Shown: in pieces, positions 11,401 through 26,087 of the stretch
How positions within the stretch are numbered: the first letter of the stretch is position 1
How the letters are laid out: each line of letters opens with the position of its first letter
Assembly: GCA_013265495.1 (NCBI GenBank)
Contig: MU058844.1
Location: 9,692,184 to 9,756,183, forward strand
DNA length: 64,000 bases
Source: Vicugna vicugna
Taxonomy: Eukaryota
Reading direction: 5' to 3'
Program-made: the position numbers and the translations under genes
The notes under the pieces: model-generated
The model's database searches: none
The model's input: only the letters and a program-made list of their open reading frames with translations
What the model was told of the DNA's origin: nothing

Positions 11401-14400
11401 GAGAATATCTGAGCTAAATGAATTTTCCAAAAAAAATTCAGCAATTGAGAATTCTCAGGAAGTCCTACTCCAAGGTTGAAATAAGTATGATCAATGGATG
11501 CATCAATACAGTATACAAGTCTAAAAAAGTCGTATCAGATCCTCTCACATTGGAGGTTAACAAGTGCTAGATACTTAGGAAATTAGATATATGAATACTA
11601 AAATCACCCTTATGTACACAAGTAATAAAAAAATAGGTTTCAGAAAATGATCTGTTTTGGCTTTATTTTTTTTTGGTGTCATTCTCTGTATCTAAACCCA
11701 ATCACTTTACATAAGCTGTCCTTCACATTTGTATTTACATAATGTGAGAAACAAGGCTTCTAGAAGTATTTTTATGCAACTTTCCAGTCTATGCTTACCT
11801 CACAATTGTGTGTGAACTGAAATCAAAACACCTATCTGGATATCTTAAATGGAGGAGACATTTTGGGATAAATTACCTATTTCAACTAAATATTAGTTTT
11901 TTTTTTTTTCTTGTTGTCTGAAGTCTTGATTCTTAGCCTCATATTGTATGGGTGGATTTTTTCCCTTAAGTATTGGCTGCAGTCTAAATTTTATTTTTCT
12001 TTGATGTTTTAAGGTTTCATTTGTAAATAGGAAAAAAAGTAGTCATTTGGACAATTTATGCAGGTAATTAGAAAAGAAGGTGGGATGTAATATGAGGAAA
12101 ATGCATCGACTTGTTACTGATGAAGAAATTAAAATCCTTTAAGAAAAATTATTTGGTTAGATCAGCATAGGAAAAAACCTCACAGAAATTTGCATGTATC
12201 AGAAGCAGTGCTGTTTTGAAATCAAGTGATCTGTGGAGACAGACTCAAATAGAAAACTTTGTGTTAATATTTTTAAAAACTTTAAAAATTGTTATATGGA
12301 GATTATTTTAGACTGGTATGGTACTGTTATTTATTTACAATAGTTGATAGACACTATCAAATTATATTCACTACATTAGTCTATAAATCAACTGGGAAAC
12401 TGGCCAGATTTCAATAAAATAACTGACCACTTTCCAATATAAAGGGCTAAACACTTTTTATTATATGAATCTTAGCTTAAATCCTATGCCGTTTTGTTCA
12501 AAGGGGTATTAGTTCATGTCTGGGCTCATTTTTTAAAAGTCTATCAAAAACTTAAATTCCACTCAGATTACTCTTGATAGATCCGGAGAGGAACCATTTA
12601 TTTATGTTGGCAGTGGTGATTGAAGACCATATTGTCACAGAGAATCAACTTTCCCTCAAGGTCAATTAGTTGAAATCTATAGGGAATTAAAATATCATCC
12701 AGATAGAGCCAGAGATGACAGCCTATAGGTGAGCAGCTCTAAATCAGCATTACCAGTGGCACAGAGCCAATCAAGAACCTGTTAACCACATTAGCTTAAA
12801 AAGAAAAGGACCTCGAAGTTTATTGCCTTAATGTAAAAATACGTATTTGTCACACAAACATGTATGTCCTATTCCAATAAAAATTTTTGAAGAATCTTTC
12901 TGGTAAAACATGTTAATTAATCTTCTCAAGTTTTGTAAAATATTGAGTGTGAGGTTTTTAGTTTATACATGTCAAGCCATTAATTATTCTGACATTTGCA
13001 TCTGTTTTCTACAATGATACTCTATTACTTATCCAAAGCATTTACTGTAATGCTTTCAAAGGGGTCTTAATATTTGTTCTTTCCTATTGTTTTTTATTTG
13101 TTACAGGCTTTAAAATCCTTTCTGACCCTTCTTTTCTTCTTGTTTCAGATCACCAATAATTTTTCCGTGGTCCTCAGGATAAATGAAAAATATTATCCTA
13201 ACCAATGGCTACTAGTCTACAGCTGGCTCTAAAACTTCACTTCGTCCTGAGGGAAACATGCCGCCTGAGTGAGTGAGTAACGTAATGTTGTTCTTATTTA
13301 ATTAGAAAAATAATCAATGACTGGGTGATATCTGAGTACTTTCTCCGCATGTCTCCTTGTATCTGGAAGGACAAATAGGTTTAAAGGAGCTTAGCTCTTT
13401 GAAGGGCAGCTCTTCAGAGGCAATGCCCCTTCCGTTTTCATCACGGTTATTTCCAGTGCCTGGCACTTGAAGGTGCCCAACTGATACTTTTATTGCTCAA
13501 ACAAGGTGAAATGGACTTTTAGATACATACTTACGGAAGGCAACATTCCTGCTGAAGTCAAAGAGCTGAGCTGAGATTCTCAGGGTGGCAGGAGGTGAAT
13601 TTTCCTGATTACTAAGCCTCTCCACGTTAGCACATTTGAAAACAAATTCTGGACAGATTCTTGTTTTATTTTGTCAACCACATATTTTAAATTAAAACTG
13701 GGCATAAACGTAGCTACCTCAGGGGCACTAGGGCAGAAGCAGTAGAGATGACGAAGAGATGGCTGACAGTTGCCTGAAAAGATGGGCAGAGGTTCTCGGT
13801 GAGTGGACTTAATGAAGAGACAGATGACACCACCGTCTAAAAGGAAGTCCATCCAGCCTGAAGGTCAGCATAGAGTCCTCTGTCTGGGGCTAGAGGGCAA
13901 CCTCGGAAAACCAGATTTGGAAGAAGATGGCATCTACTTTAACGTGATTGAGGTAAGCGGTGTTCTGTACAGGTTCTGGTTGACCCAACTATGGAGTTTT
14001 GCTCTATCAATGCCAGAGCTCTGAGCAGGGCACTGTTCATTGACTCTAGGAGAAGAAAATGGTGAAAGAGGAGGGACAGTGAGGTTCTATAAAAAATGGA
14101 AGCATTTTTCTCTGAGGTACTAGTGGCATAAAGGAAAAAAAGTAAAAGGATTCCACTTAATGATGACGAAGAAAAGCATGTGGTAGAGTTGTTCAGCAAG
14201 ACCACTCGTGTGAGTCTGGAATGTCGAGAGGTCAGCTTTGAGTGCTAGTTGGAAATGGAAATTTTATGTGTGATGAGATCACTGAAAGCTTTAGCTCAGG
14301 GGTGTCTTGGACAAATGTTTGCATTTGATCAAGCAGGTCCTTTGGGGAGAATGTGGCTTCATGAAATGATTTTAATCTTGTCAGTGGGAGCTTGGCAATT

Positions 14401-15984
14401 AGCTAATAAGAAGTGAGACAAAGTAAGTATGATTCCGAAATGCTAAGTATGATCAGAGTAGAAATAGTCCTGGCTTCCTTTGTTTTGATCATGCTGAGTA
14501 CTGTTCATGGTCAATGAGAATGTTGGGTCTTGGCTCCACCTGCCTTGCGGCTCTTGAGGGACTGGCTCCTCTGTAGCAGATTTGAGATTTTAAAGTCAAA
14601 TACATTTTCACTCTCTGCTTCCATTCATATCCTTTACCTGAAGAAACTGTGTATCTCTGGGGCACTCAGTCAACTGTTGGCTCCCTGGTCAAGCTGGCTT
14701 TTTGCTGTGCTGCCCTGAGAATGTAGACAGCAATCTGTATGCTGGGATACAGAGGGCGTTTCTGAGCGTTAGGAGGGTGCTAAAAGCATCTGCAGTTGAC
14801 TGCCCATTGGTCAGGTAGAAGTAAGTATTCTATGAAATGTGCCACTGTGTGTATGCCCGAGTCAGAGAATGGAAAATGTCATCACCTTGGTCCTTACACA
14901 TTACACAAGCTCATTTCAGCTACTGCAGGTGGTAAAGTGTGAACCCCGACTCCATCTGTCGGACAGAGACCTCAATGCTTGTGTCAGGGTAATAATAAGA
15001 AAGAAGCATGTGGCGAAATCTAGGTAAAAACTTATTTCACTATCAAAGTTAACACAAGATAAGAACACAGCAAATTCTGAGGACATGCACATTGTGACTC
15101 ACACTGTGCATTTCCTTAAGGTTAACTTTACCATGGCAAGAGCATGCACTATTGTAGAGGACACTTTGTAAGTAGAAAGGTCAGAGTATTTTGGGTTTTT
15201 TTGGCTTTGGGGGAAAAAGTCACATTAAACAACAAAACACTTCATATGTATTTTAAAATATAGAGCACACCACCTGACAAGATTAAAGTAATCACAGCAG
15301 AGCTCTCCCTCACCACAGTAACTTACTGGATGACAAAAATCTCCTTTCGTCTAAAGAAAAATGAAGAGTATCTGGAAGTAAAGATTCATTATTTATTTAG
15401 CATACACACACGCTGCATTAGTTTTGATTTGTTACTACAAGAACATGAACATTAAATATCTTCAGCTTTCTTCTACTTTTCAACATTTCTTGTCCCAAAT
15501 TTCACATTTTGGTAAGATATCTCTTAGCCGGATTTGCATCTTTTCAGCATTGCTTGCAAAGTAGTTTAAGACAGAAGTAAAATTAATGACCAGAATCTGT
15601 CAAAGAACTGATGGCAATTCAAATGCTATCAGTTTTACACAGAATTTCATATATATCAATCAAATATTATGCATTCTTTCTGAAGTCACAAGAATTACAC
15701 TACTAAAGGTTTTCCAGTTTCTTCAAGCTTCAACCTACACTAAAATGCCATCATTCCTTTGCCTCATATCACTAGAAAATAAATAATCCCAAAGAAGCAG
15801 TTCTTCCCTTAGAATCATCCTCTGCATAGAAAAATGCTAGTTGAAGAAGGATAGTGTGGGCCTTTGTCTTTTTAAGAAGGTTTATATTGATCTCATTTAG
15901 AGTGCTTCAGAGTTAAATATACACACACATAAGTTTATCATGACACTTCAGAATGTCCTGGGCCATCATCTTGGATGTCCCATT

Positions 15985-16140
15985 TACTAGAGGTATGACC
16001 TTGGACAGTAACTTAAATCCTCTAAGCATCTTTTGTTTTTCATCTGTAAAATGGCGATAAAAGTACATCTACCACAAACGACTGAACAAGTTGAGTGAGA
16101 CCATTACATACAAAATGTACTACATGGTAATTAGTGGCTC
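15985..16140 (+). mobile_element. MIR SINE
   Basis: tactagaggtatgaccttggacagtaacttaaatcctctaagc...catctgtaaaatgg. Confidence 0.7.
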
Positions 16141-19100
16141 ATGAACAGCAGCAATTACCATGTTAGCAAACCCTACACGTGAAAGTAGCTTGGGGTCATT
16201 TTTAATGTTACAAACATTATAAATGACTATAATACCAACTGTACTCTGATTTACAGTTTACAAAGCACATACATAGGATTCTTTTAAATGGTAAGCTTCT
16301 TAAAGACACATATATTTAATAAAAATTCAACATGGGAAATTTAAAGTTATTAAAGAAAGAAAAATACTCTTAAAATAGCCAGAATAACTAGCATGGAACG
16401 AGGCATAACATTAGGGGGAAGATTGACGAGGGGAAGAAACAGTGTCTGTCAAGTAAGAATATTAGTAAAAATTGATTAATACTATTCTGTTACTCTATTT
16501 TTTTCTGATTTGGTCACCAAAAAGAAACCAAACTTTTAATTAAGTGTAAAAAGGAGATAATAAATGTTTTTAGCCAGTAGAATCTTTACCTTGTGAAAAT
16601 TCTGTTGGGCTATTTAATTTTAAAAGTGTTAGAACTCTCTCTGGAAGGTAATCCCTGTTACAGTTAAATTAGATAAAAGCCATCTGCTGGGCTCCTTCGT
16701 CTCAGCAACTTTCAAGCGACAGGTCTGTGGTTTACCTGGGTGTGTAAGCTCTTCTGGCTAATAGTTCCTCCTAGAAACCTTTCTCACTTCAGTGTGTTAA
16801 TGGTTATGTTTTGAAGGAGCCATCAAGAAATACCATTTTGTTCATTGTTTATCAAATAAACCCCAAGAGTTATTTTCTAATCTGCTGAATGTGTAATAGA
16901 TGAGCCCAGATACTATTCTTTCTAAACTTATATAGAAAATGTGCATAATGAAATAATGTTATAAATTCTCATTTGTAAAGATAATATCACCTTGGCTTAA
17001 TCCTGAATGTTCTCATGGAGTTACAGAGCACCTAATTTTGGAATTACATTCTCCCTTAGGAAGAAGTATGAAAGAAAGCTTCAGACCCTTTGTGAAACGA
17101 GGTAGAATGAAATCAATTAATGAGAGTTTACACATACAAAAATTATAGGAAAAATCTTGTAAATAAATATGCAAGCAGATATAATAATTTAACCATAAAA
17201 CCCTAAATCCTTAAGAGAATTTAGCATCAAACACTGTAATGACTTTTTTTGGTCAACTAGCTAGCTCTCTAAAATTAATATTTTAATTATTGATTAGACA
17301 TTCTTTTATCATTTCTGTCATGGACTGGTGATGAGATATAACCCTGGGGAAAGTTGCAAGTCCAGTTAGCATGAAGGAGGTGGGCAGGCTGGAAGGAAAA
17401 GAAAGAGCATTTGTCAGCTAGGTAGATCTAAAGGAAATTTTCTGAGTTCTTTCCTGCAAATAACAAAGACATGTGGTATAAGTTACTCAGCAACGTGCAA
17501 GTCTAACTCCAGAATCTGTCATCGGTCTCTACACCCTCATCAGGTGTGTATGGTTTAGAATAGAGTTAGATCATAACTAGCCTTGTGCACAATGTGTCAG
17601 GTGCTGGAAAATCTGTTGTTTTTTTTTTTAAGTCTTCTGTCTAATGTATTAGAGACGTTATTAACATGAGAAACCTTCAAATCGTAAAGCTGGAGATGGA
17701 GCTCTGGAATGAGAATACCTGAGCCACTTGATAGTTACTGCAGTAAATGCCTGTAATAAAGCAAGCAAAGCACAGTGCTGTGTGCCACTGGCATTACAGG
17801 TAAAGTTTTTACAGACGTGATCACTGGAATCATGACAAACAAATGAGAAAGTAAAAAGCATGGAAACTAAAATTTCTAACTTCGCTATGGTTAGGGGTAA
17901 CAAAATATGTGAAAACAATTATTTGAAATACGCTTGAAAGACGTCGCTAGATCCTTTTATAAAGTGACATATAAATATAAACAAACATGGAAGTACGAAA
18001 ATGAGTCAAGGTTAAGGAAGGCTGTCCTTGTTTATTATTGGGAATTTATAATTCAATTTATACAGTCTTTGCCCACGTTTTCCATTAGCTGTCATGACAG
18101 TCATTTAAAAAATACGTATCTTACCCCTTTTTGATAAGGGCTGTGTTCAGAAGTGGAGGAAGAGGCAAACTGTGAGAATACACAGAGCTTACCATATAGC
18201 CTGCCTGGGATGGTAACCTCCTTGATAAAGAATACTTTGTCCAGTACTGAATGGCTTCATTCACTTCTATCTCCTACAGGCCTTACTAAAGACTTACAGG
18301 TGATTAATACAGATTCTTTTTTTTAAAAAGCTGTTAACTGTATTTGGATACTTAGAAATGCACATTTTAGTATGAACAGATTCAAATAAATTGTTCAAAA
18401 AACTAAAATTAATTGCACCAAGAGAATTAAAGTTTTATCCCTTGTACGGTTTCACGTGTAGAAGAAATTTGAGACGGGCTCCCAGTCCTGTGGCACAAAG
18501 AACTGAGAAAGGAGTGTGGACAGGGAGTGGAGCGCATCCTGCTGATATTCAGGTGGCCCCCAGGGGGAAAGGAGGAGAAACTTCCTTTTACTATGCATGC
18601 AGTACAACCCTTTTAGGACTGGGACGTAGCCCAATACTAGGAACGCTCTCCTGTTGCTGTGATAGGATTTAATTTTGGCAAGTTACCCTGCAAATCTCGG
18701 GTAAAAAAAAAAAATCTGATCTTTTATGTAGAAAGCTGTCCTGCTTATTAATATATAACCATCTTACACATAGTCTTTGGAGCATTATCCAGGTTGGATA
18801 GGAACAACCTGTATTAGAAAATTTAAAAATGTACATATCTAAATATAAAGAAGTAAGTTTCCATATCCAGCAAACCAGATTTCTTTGTAATTTACTGATA
18901 ACACTGAATAACTTTCATTCTGTAGCATTTGGAAGGACTTTGTTTATCAAATGACTGTTCCCTCTATAGCACATATTAGATATTTTTAGATATGCTGGAA
19001 ATAATTTTGCACTTAGTCTATTAGGTAAAGACTAACTGTGGTAAATAACTATAAATGATTAATTCCTTTTTAAGTGTAAGACCTTTACCATATTTTCAGA

Positions 19101-19911
19101 CTGATTAATAATTTCTAAAAGTTCAACATAGCTGTCCAGGTACCTTGTAACAACTGTCATGTGCTAGCAAGCATCACAAAATGTTACATCCTGTAAGAAT
19201 GTGAACTTAAGACAGCCTGATAACTCATCAAATTCTTAATAAAACTATCTTAATTAGGTATAAGTTTTTCAAATGTGCCAACATTTTGAAAAATTTATAA
19301 TGGTTTTAAAAGAATTTAAAATTACTTATTCTTTACAACTAAGCACTCTACTATTTCCAATACATATTGATAACACTTAATATTTAGTATACACATTTAC
19401 TTTTTCAAAGGTAATTTTTACTTTATACTTAATTCTTAAATACTAAGCATTTTAGGAAATGAAGTGTCAATACACAATTTATACTTTTATACTAAAAGAG
19501 CTACAAGAAAGGCTTTTATAAAAATGATATGAACAATATCAAGTAGTTACATATTTAATTTAAATTTGTGATTAAAATGTGGACACCTCCAGAAAAATCC
19601 AATAGTTTTTTTTTCACATCTAAAATATTAAAGTCTTAATGTGTATAAATATTTATCTGGAGGAGGGGGGAAAAAAGCTTAGTTGAATGTTATAGTCCAA
19701 GGTTCATATTGAACTCAAAGTATTAGGAAGATTAAGTGATTCTCTGAACACCAGTGAGAAGTGTGTAGAAGATAGAGGTCACCCTTTGAAAGAAGATCTC
19801 TGTGACCTGTGTAAATAGGAGCCCCACAAACACTTCCAACAAGCATAGGTCAGAACAGGGTCATGGCTCCGGGCCCTCTGGACCACTGTTGGCCCAGAGG
19901 AGTGTGCTCAC

Positions 19912-20040
19912 CGCGTTACTCTCTCGTCCTTCAGCTCCAGGTCCGCCACTGTGATGAGCTGATCCAGCTTGAATTTAGTGTCGATAATTTCTGCATCCTG
20001 AGGAGAGTATGTCCCACCTTCTTTCTGCTTCTGTCGAATT
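19912..20040 (-). CDS. PTPRQ: PTPRQ cytoplasmic juxtamembrane exon, 129 nt
   Basis: ctttag| acceptor; [42 protein letters not shown](R); donor CG|GTGAGC; phase 2 to 2. Confidence 0.97.
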
Positions 20041-21739
20041 CTAAAGTGAGTGTAGTCAAGTCCCAAAAGGGAATAGCATAGAAAGGATAGAACATTAGAT
20101 TCAGTTTTCTTTTTAAGTAAAGACATGAGTCAAATAATTTTTGTGTTGGGATCACATCTCTGATTAGGTTGTGAATTTATAGCTATTCAACTTTTTTCCT
20201 GTTTTAATTCCATAGAATGTATTCTACTATAATTTTTTGACATTTCTGAGTCACTGGCACATTTAAAATACAGAGCAAATGAAACTGAGGCTGGGAGCTA
20301 ATTTCTCCTCCCCCAAAGCTGTCTCATAGATTTGTCATAGAAAGGAAATATGCCAGTGTGGAAATAGCTCACTGCCGTCAGCGCCAGTGCTAAAAGGCAA
20401 CACTCGATTGCTGTTACACACATGCAACATTTTTACATGTGTGAAGATACATTAAAATGTGTTTTGAATTATCTCATTGGCTTTTGATAAAAATATTGTC
20501 AAGTATACAACATCTAAGTAAGATTATATATAGGATACATAATTAATCTAACCAAAGAATATAACATATAACCGGGAAACTCAGGTTTAGAAACAAGTCA
20601 CATGATCTGAGAATCACATCCAAGTCTCTTCACTTTGAGCCCTGTTGTACATGCTTATTGTTCTATGACACAGTATGGTATATTACAAAGTAATATTTAG
20701 CTATTCTATCTTTTGTACTCCAAACACTTAATATTTATTATAAATCCTGTGTTGATGATGATAAAGTGTGAAATATACTCCTTATCCTCGAGGACATAAT
20801 TTAGTAGAGAAGCAGGATCTAAATGTAGAAAAAACATAATTCAAGTTACAACTCATAAAACAGTAATTGTTTAGTTACAAAATGTTACATAAGTGATTAC
20901 AACTATTAGTATTTAGAGAAGTAGAAAGTAGGATTTGACTGGAGTGTCCCAGAACAAGAAGGGGAAAGCACATTTCTGGTTGATTGAACAAATCAGAGTT
21001 GTCTAAAAACCTAAGAAATGTTCAGGCGAGAAGAGACACTCTTGGCTACAGAGAAGTATGCAGGAAAGTTGTAGGGAATGAAGGGGCCATTTTCTGCCCC
21101 CGAGAGAGTTCATCCTGTTTAAAAAAAATGGTTTTAGAGCAGAAAAACAATATAAATATGGTGGAATCACATCCTTCAGGGACAAGGACCACATCTTACA
21201 CAATATAGCTTTACAAGTGCCTAAAATAACCATGTTCTCTTACCGTCTCCCGGCTCAATCTGAGAACACTGGGATAGGGAAAAGCCCTTTAAGTTATCCA
21301 GTAAAATGATAATTTTAAACATTCAAGATGAAACAGCATGCATGGCATACAGAATACAGGATGACAGTCTTTCAGATAAAATAAAAGTAGCACCTCGTGT
21401 AATGGTTATTTTTACAAATGTAAGGTGTCTAACTCAGCAATCTACCTTATGAAACTAGACTTTAGGATCATAACTAAGATTTCCTCTGAGGTCCTGTGAA
21501 CAGGGGGATTAAGTCTGATACTGAGAATTTGAAAGGACACTTAGAAAACATAATACAGACATTTTGGTAAACATGAGAAAGGGGCCTATCATATAAAGAA
21601 ATGGGACGTTTTTAAAGTGGTGTCCTTACTTACTGTAAAAATGTTCTGTATAAACTTTAAAATTTAGACCTGGTTGAAATACTTTTAGTTAAACCTATCA
21701 GAGGTATAGATTATTTGAAAAGATGTAGAAAGCCTGACA

Positions 21740-22430
21740 CCTTCTGCTTTTGTGTTTGTGTCTCAGCTCTACGCCCACCCTTCTTTGCCCTGCCCTGTGA
21801 TACTGGAGTAGCCTCTGTAACATACCTCATATCTCCTTTGCCAACTGGCAGGATGTTAAGCCTTGTCAATAGAGGGCACCACAGTGATCCTGCAAGGCCA
21901 CAGGGACACGCTTCCCTTGAGAGTTGAAGTGGTGCATTATTCATGGTGGGAGCCCAGCAGCCCACCCAGATGAGCTCTAGCTGCCTCTTAATGTTCATAC
22001 TCTCTCCATCAGTGAATGATCCAAGTACCTCCAGCCCACCTACATAATCCCAAAGAGTGGGCTGCTTCCACGGTCCGATTCCAGCCTGCCTACCCTCCAA
22101 TAATGAATAATGATGGGGAGCTTCTACAAAATAGCTCCAGCCCCTTCCCCTGTCAGATTTCTTTGTCCAAGGATAGGTGATAGGCAGCATGTGCCTTTGG
22201 TGGCCATTCCCTGTCAAACAGGAGTGAGACTTCTAGTTCTTTGCTCCTTTATTGTCTGCTCTCCCTTAGCCTAGAGACAGCAGCCACTGTGTTGCACTTG
22301 CTACTTCTGGTCCCTTACTGTTTTCTTTTACCCACTTTGTAGTTAACTATTTCTACTACTTAACAGTTCTTTTTTATTAAATGTTTCCCATTCAAGTAAC
22401 CATGGTGGCGTCTGTCTGACTGAATGATGT
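21740..22430 (+). mobile_element. ERVL LTR (LTR33-like)
   Basis: ctcagctcta...ccctgccctgtg, tcaatagagggcac, and a 3' attaaat polyA-like signal followed by ctgtctgactga. Confidence 0.6.
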
Positions 22431-22471
22431 CCATAAAACATCTTAGAAATGTAAGTGCAAAAAAATCTTAC

Positions 22472-22571
22472 CTTGCAAATGCAAAAATGGCTGTTCCAAG
22501 AAGAATGATTGAAAGAATACACAAAGTGACTGAAAGTATAATCTCTACAGTTCTTTCTGAAAGCCCTTCAC
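22472..22571 (-). CDS. PTPRQ: PTPRQ transmembrane exon, 100 nt
   Basis: cttcag| acceptor; [33 protein letters not shown](R) containing a hydrophobic helix; donor AG|GTAAGA; phase 1 to 2. Confidence 0.97.
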
Positions 22572-23099
22572 CTGAAGAGGAAGAAGGATAACATTATCAT
22601 TAGTTATTATTAAATGGAATACTATAGTGGGTCTCAAAATACAGAAGAATATTTTCTTGGCATATTTCTCAAGGAGGCTAGTAAAATGTACTAATGTGTT
22701 TCTCTTCTTCTTAGATCTTCTAACTTTGGGGCTTAGTCTTTGGTCCTCTTCTTGTTTTCTGTGTAAACTCACACCCTTGGTAAGCCCATGCAGCCTCATG
22801 GTTTTAATTCCCATCTATGTGATGATGACTACTTCACTGTGATCTATGGAACTCCTGACTTGCATGTCCAATTGCCTACTATAATCTTTATTTAGAAGTA
22901 TAATTAAAATTTTAAAATCAAAATGTGCAAACTCCTGTACTTCCCTTCTTCCAACTGTATCTTTCCACCTCTTAGTCAATGGCAACTTCATTGTTCCAGT
23001 TGCTCAGGCAAAAAACCTTGGAATCATACTTAACTTTCTCTTTCTCTCTCTCTCATAGAACACATCCATAATCTCTGTATTTTCAAAGCATACACAGTT

Positions 23100-25560
23100 T
23101 TCACTAAGAGAAACTAGGGGAACTTGGAGAGAGAGTAATTCCAAAGTGTGATCAGGGAACAAAAGGAATATGGGACATCTAATGGGGCAAGAACGCTAAG
23201 AAGCCATCAAAGACTAAAGGTCTGGGAAGAACAACAGAGCATCCTGAAGAGGTTCCTACTGGCCAGAGATGGAACAATTTAAACTTTATAATGAAAAGAA
23301 AACTGAAATTGACTGAAATAGATTCAATATATAAAAATCCGTTAGTTCTAGTATTACTCAATGAAAGAGAGATCAAAATTAAATACTAACTTGTAAACAC
23401 TGGTTATAGCTAAACCACCATTTTTTTTACTCTGAACATTTTTAATTAAAGGGAGAAAATTAAGCATTTTCCTCCCTTTCTCAAAGAACTGTTTTCTATG
23501 AAGTCAAAAAAAATAGTCCTAGTTAAGGAGATAAAGCTCTTCATTAGAGGAGAATTCTGTTTAATAAACGTGGAAGAATTAAAATTTAGAAATTAATTTT
23601 TCACTCCTAATTAAATAACTGATTCAGGCAAGAATCATAAATACATCTTTAAATGATAAGATGGAAGGTTGATAAGAACTTGGATATTTCGGGAATGTCA
23701 AACTATCACCTCACAGATTATGTGCTTGTTATAACAAGGGGAAAAACCAGCTTTACAATGAAGGATCATGCTGCCACCAGCGCTAAACTTACCGATTGAT
23801 TTTAAGATCACTGAAACTGTGACAACCAGGTATTGTACACTTCCTGAGGTGAGGTATGTTGATCTAGGCAGTAACACCTGTAAAGTATCCCTGCCAAAAA
23901 TGTTGACTGTGAATGTTCAAGCCCTTAGATCTTATCTGTAATTTATAAGGAAGTAGGAGATGATGGAGTAAAAAATAAAATGACACCAATAAGCAGCAGA
24001 CAAATTCAGAATACGGGACCTCCTGCAGGACAGCTCACCTGGTTGCTTCAATGAGTCTATGGCATAAGGGGGAAAAGGAAGAACAAGTCTCAAGCAATAG
24101 AAGTAAAAGCAAAAATAAACAAATGACACCTAATTAAACTTAAAAGCTTTTGCACAGCAAAGGGAACCATGAGCAAAACAAAATGACAACCTAGGAAATG
24201 GGAGAAAATATTTGCAAAGGATGAGACTGAACAGGGTTTAATCTCCAGAATATATAAACAGATCATACAACTTAAAAACAAACAACCCAATCCAAAAATG
24301 GGCAGAAGACCTTAACAAGCAATTCTCCAGTGAAGACATATGAATGGCCAATAGGCACATGAAAAAATGCTCAAGATCGCTGTCAGAGAAATGCAAATCA
24401 AAACTATGATGAGGTATTACCTCACACCAGTTAGAATGGCCATCATTCAAAAGTCCACAAATGACAAATGCTGGAGAGGCTGTGGAGAAAAGGGAACCCT
24501 CCTACACTGCTGGTGGGAATGCAGTTTGGCGCAGCTGTTATGGAGAACAGTATGGAGATTCCTCCAAAAACTAAAAATGGACTTACCATATGATCTAGTA
24601 GTCCCACTCCTGGGGATATATCCAGAGGGAACCTTAATTCAAAAAGACACCAGCACGCCAATCTTTGTAGCAGCACTATTTACAATAGCCAAGACATGGA
24701 AACAACCTAAATGTCCAGCGATGGATGACTGGATAAAGAAGCTGTGGTACATTTATACAATGGAATACTACTCAGCCATAAAAATAACAAAACAATGCCA
24801 TTTGCAGCAACATGGGTTAACCTGGAAAATGTCATTCTAAGTGAAGTAAGCCAGAAGGAGAAAGAAAATACCACATGATGTCGCTAATATGTGAAGTCTA
24901 AAAAAAAAAAAAATAAACTTACTTACAAAACAGAAACAGACTCACATAGAAAACAGACATGGTTACTGGGGGGAAAGGGAGTGGGAAAGTATAAATTGGG
25001 AGTTTGAGATTTGCAGATACTAATTTTATACACACACACACACACATATATATATAATAAGTTTATACTGTATAGCACAGGGAACTATATTCAAGATCTT
25101 ACAGTAACCTATGAAGAATATGAGAATGAATGTATGTATATTCCTATGTGACTGAAGTATATTGTGCTGTACACCAGAAACTGACACATTGTAAACTGAC
25201 TGTACTTCAATAAAAATATATTTTAAAAAAAGATTGAGACACAAGTCAAAAATATATGAACTTCTTACTTGTATCCTGATTCAAACTATAAAGAAAAAGA
25301 ATCAGAGGATGAGTTGAAAATATATGTAGTATTATATATTAAGGATTTGTTAATTTTACTTAACTGAGATGATATAATAAAATGTACTTATTGGAGAAAT
25401 ATGCTAAAGTATTTTGGAATGGAATATAATGCTTTTTGTGATTAAGATACTTCAGAAATAAAAGAACAAATGCATAAATAAGAGATGTAGCAAAGTGGTA
25501 AAAATTAACTAAATTTAATAGGTGTGTGGAGGTTCATCATACCATCCAGAACTTTTGTGT
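23100..25560 (+). mobile_element. Old L1M 3'UTR (L1MC/ME-like) interrupted by the younger L1 at 24090-25231
   Basis: Degenerate L1M 3'UTR-like motifs on both sides of the young L1 (e.g. cctgattcaaac, ggaggttcatcatac). Confidence 0.5.
24090..25231 (+). mobile_element. 5'-truncated LINE-1 (ORF2 C-terminus plus 3'UTR)
   Basis: ORF 24367..24840 gives the L1 ORF2 C-terminal motifs ([36 protein letters not shown]); 3'UTR and A tail. Confidence 0.95.
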
Positions 25561-26087
25561 AGCTCGGTTCACTTCTCACTACCTCTGATGCAAGCATCCT
25601 GATCAAGGCCACCATCCTGTTTCACATGAATTTTGTATGGACACTTAACAAGTCTTCCTGTATCCATCCTTGTCCTGTTTCCATCTATTCTCATTTAACA
25701 TTCTTAACACAGAAGCAAGAGTAATGCTTTTAAAACATTTTCTCTCTATTTAAAATCCTCCTCATCTCTCACAGAGAAAAACCAAAGTCTTTCTAATGGC
25801 CTATGGCTGTCGGTTAATGGCCTCTGGTCCCTCATTAACTCTCTGGTTCCCTGTTACCTCTTTGACTTCCCTTCCAGTCTCCACCTTGCTCATTACTCTG
25901 GAGCCAGGCTGGCCTCTTTGTTGTTCTTGGAATACACTAGGTCATTCTTGACGCAGGGCTTCTGGCCAGCTTCTGCCTGTACCTGGAAAGGTAATTCTCT
26001 TGTACATCTGCCTGGGTAGCCATTTCATTACCTTCAAGGATTTGCTCAAATAATCACCTACTCAATGAAGGCTATACTGACCACCTC

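Noticed and set aside
21865..21880. CTCF-like motif gtcaatagagggcacc
   Set aside because: Imperfect match within an LTR, with no supporting evidence from sequence alone.
21711..22217. Longest ORF in the track (168 aa)
   Set aside because: Lies antisense within an LTR33-like element, with no recognisable protein motif or splice support.
24367..24840. 157-aa ORF as a host gene
   Set aside because: It is the L1 ORF2 C-terminal cysteine-rich region of a truncated, frameshifted element.
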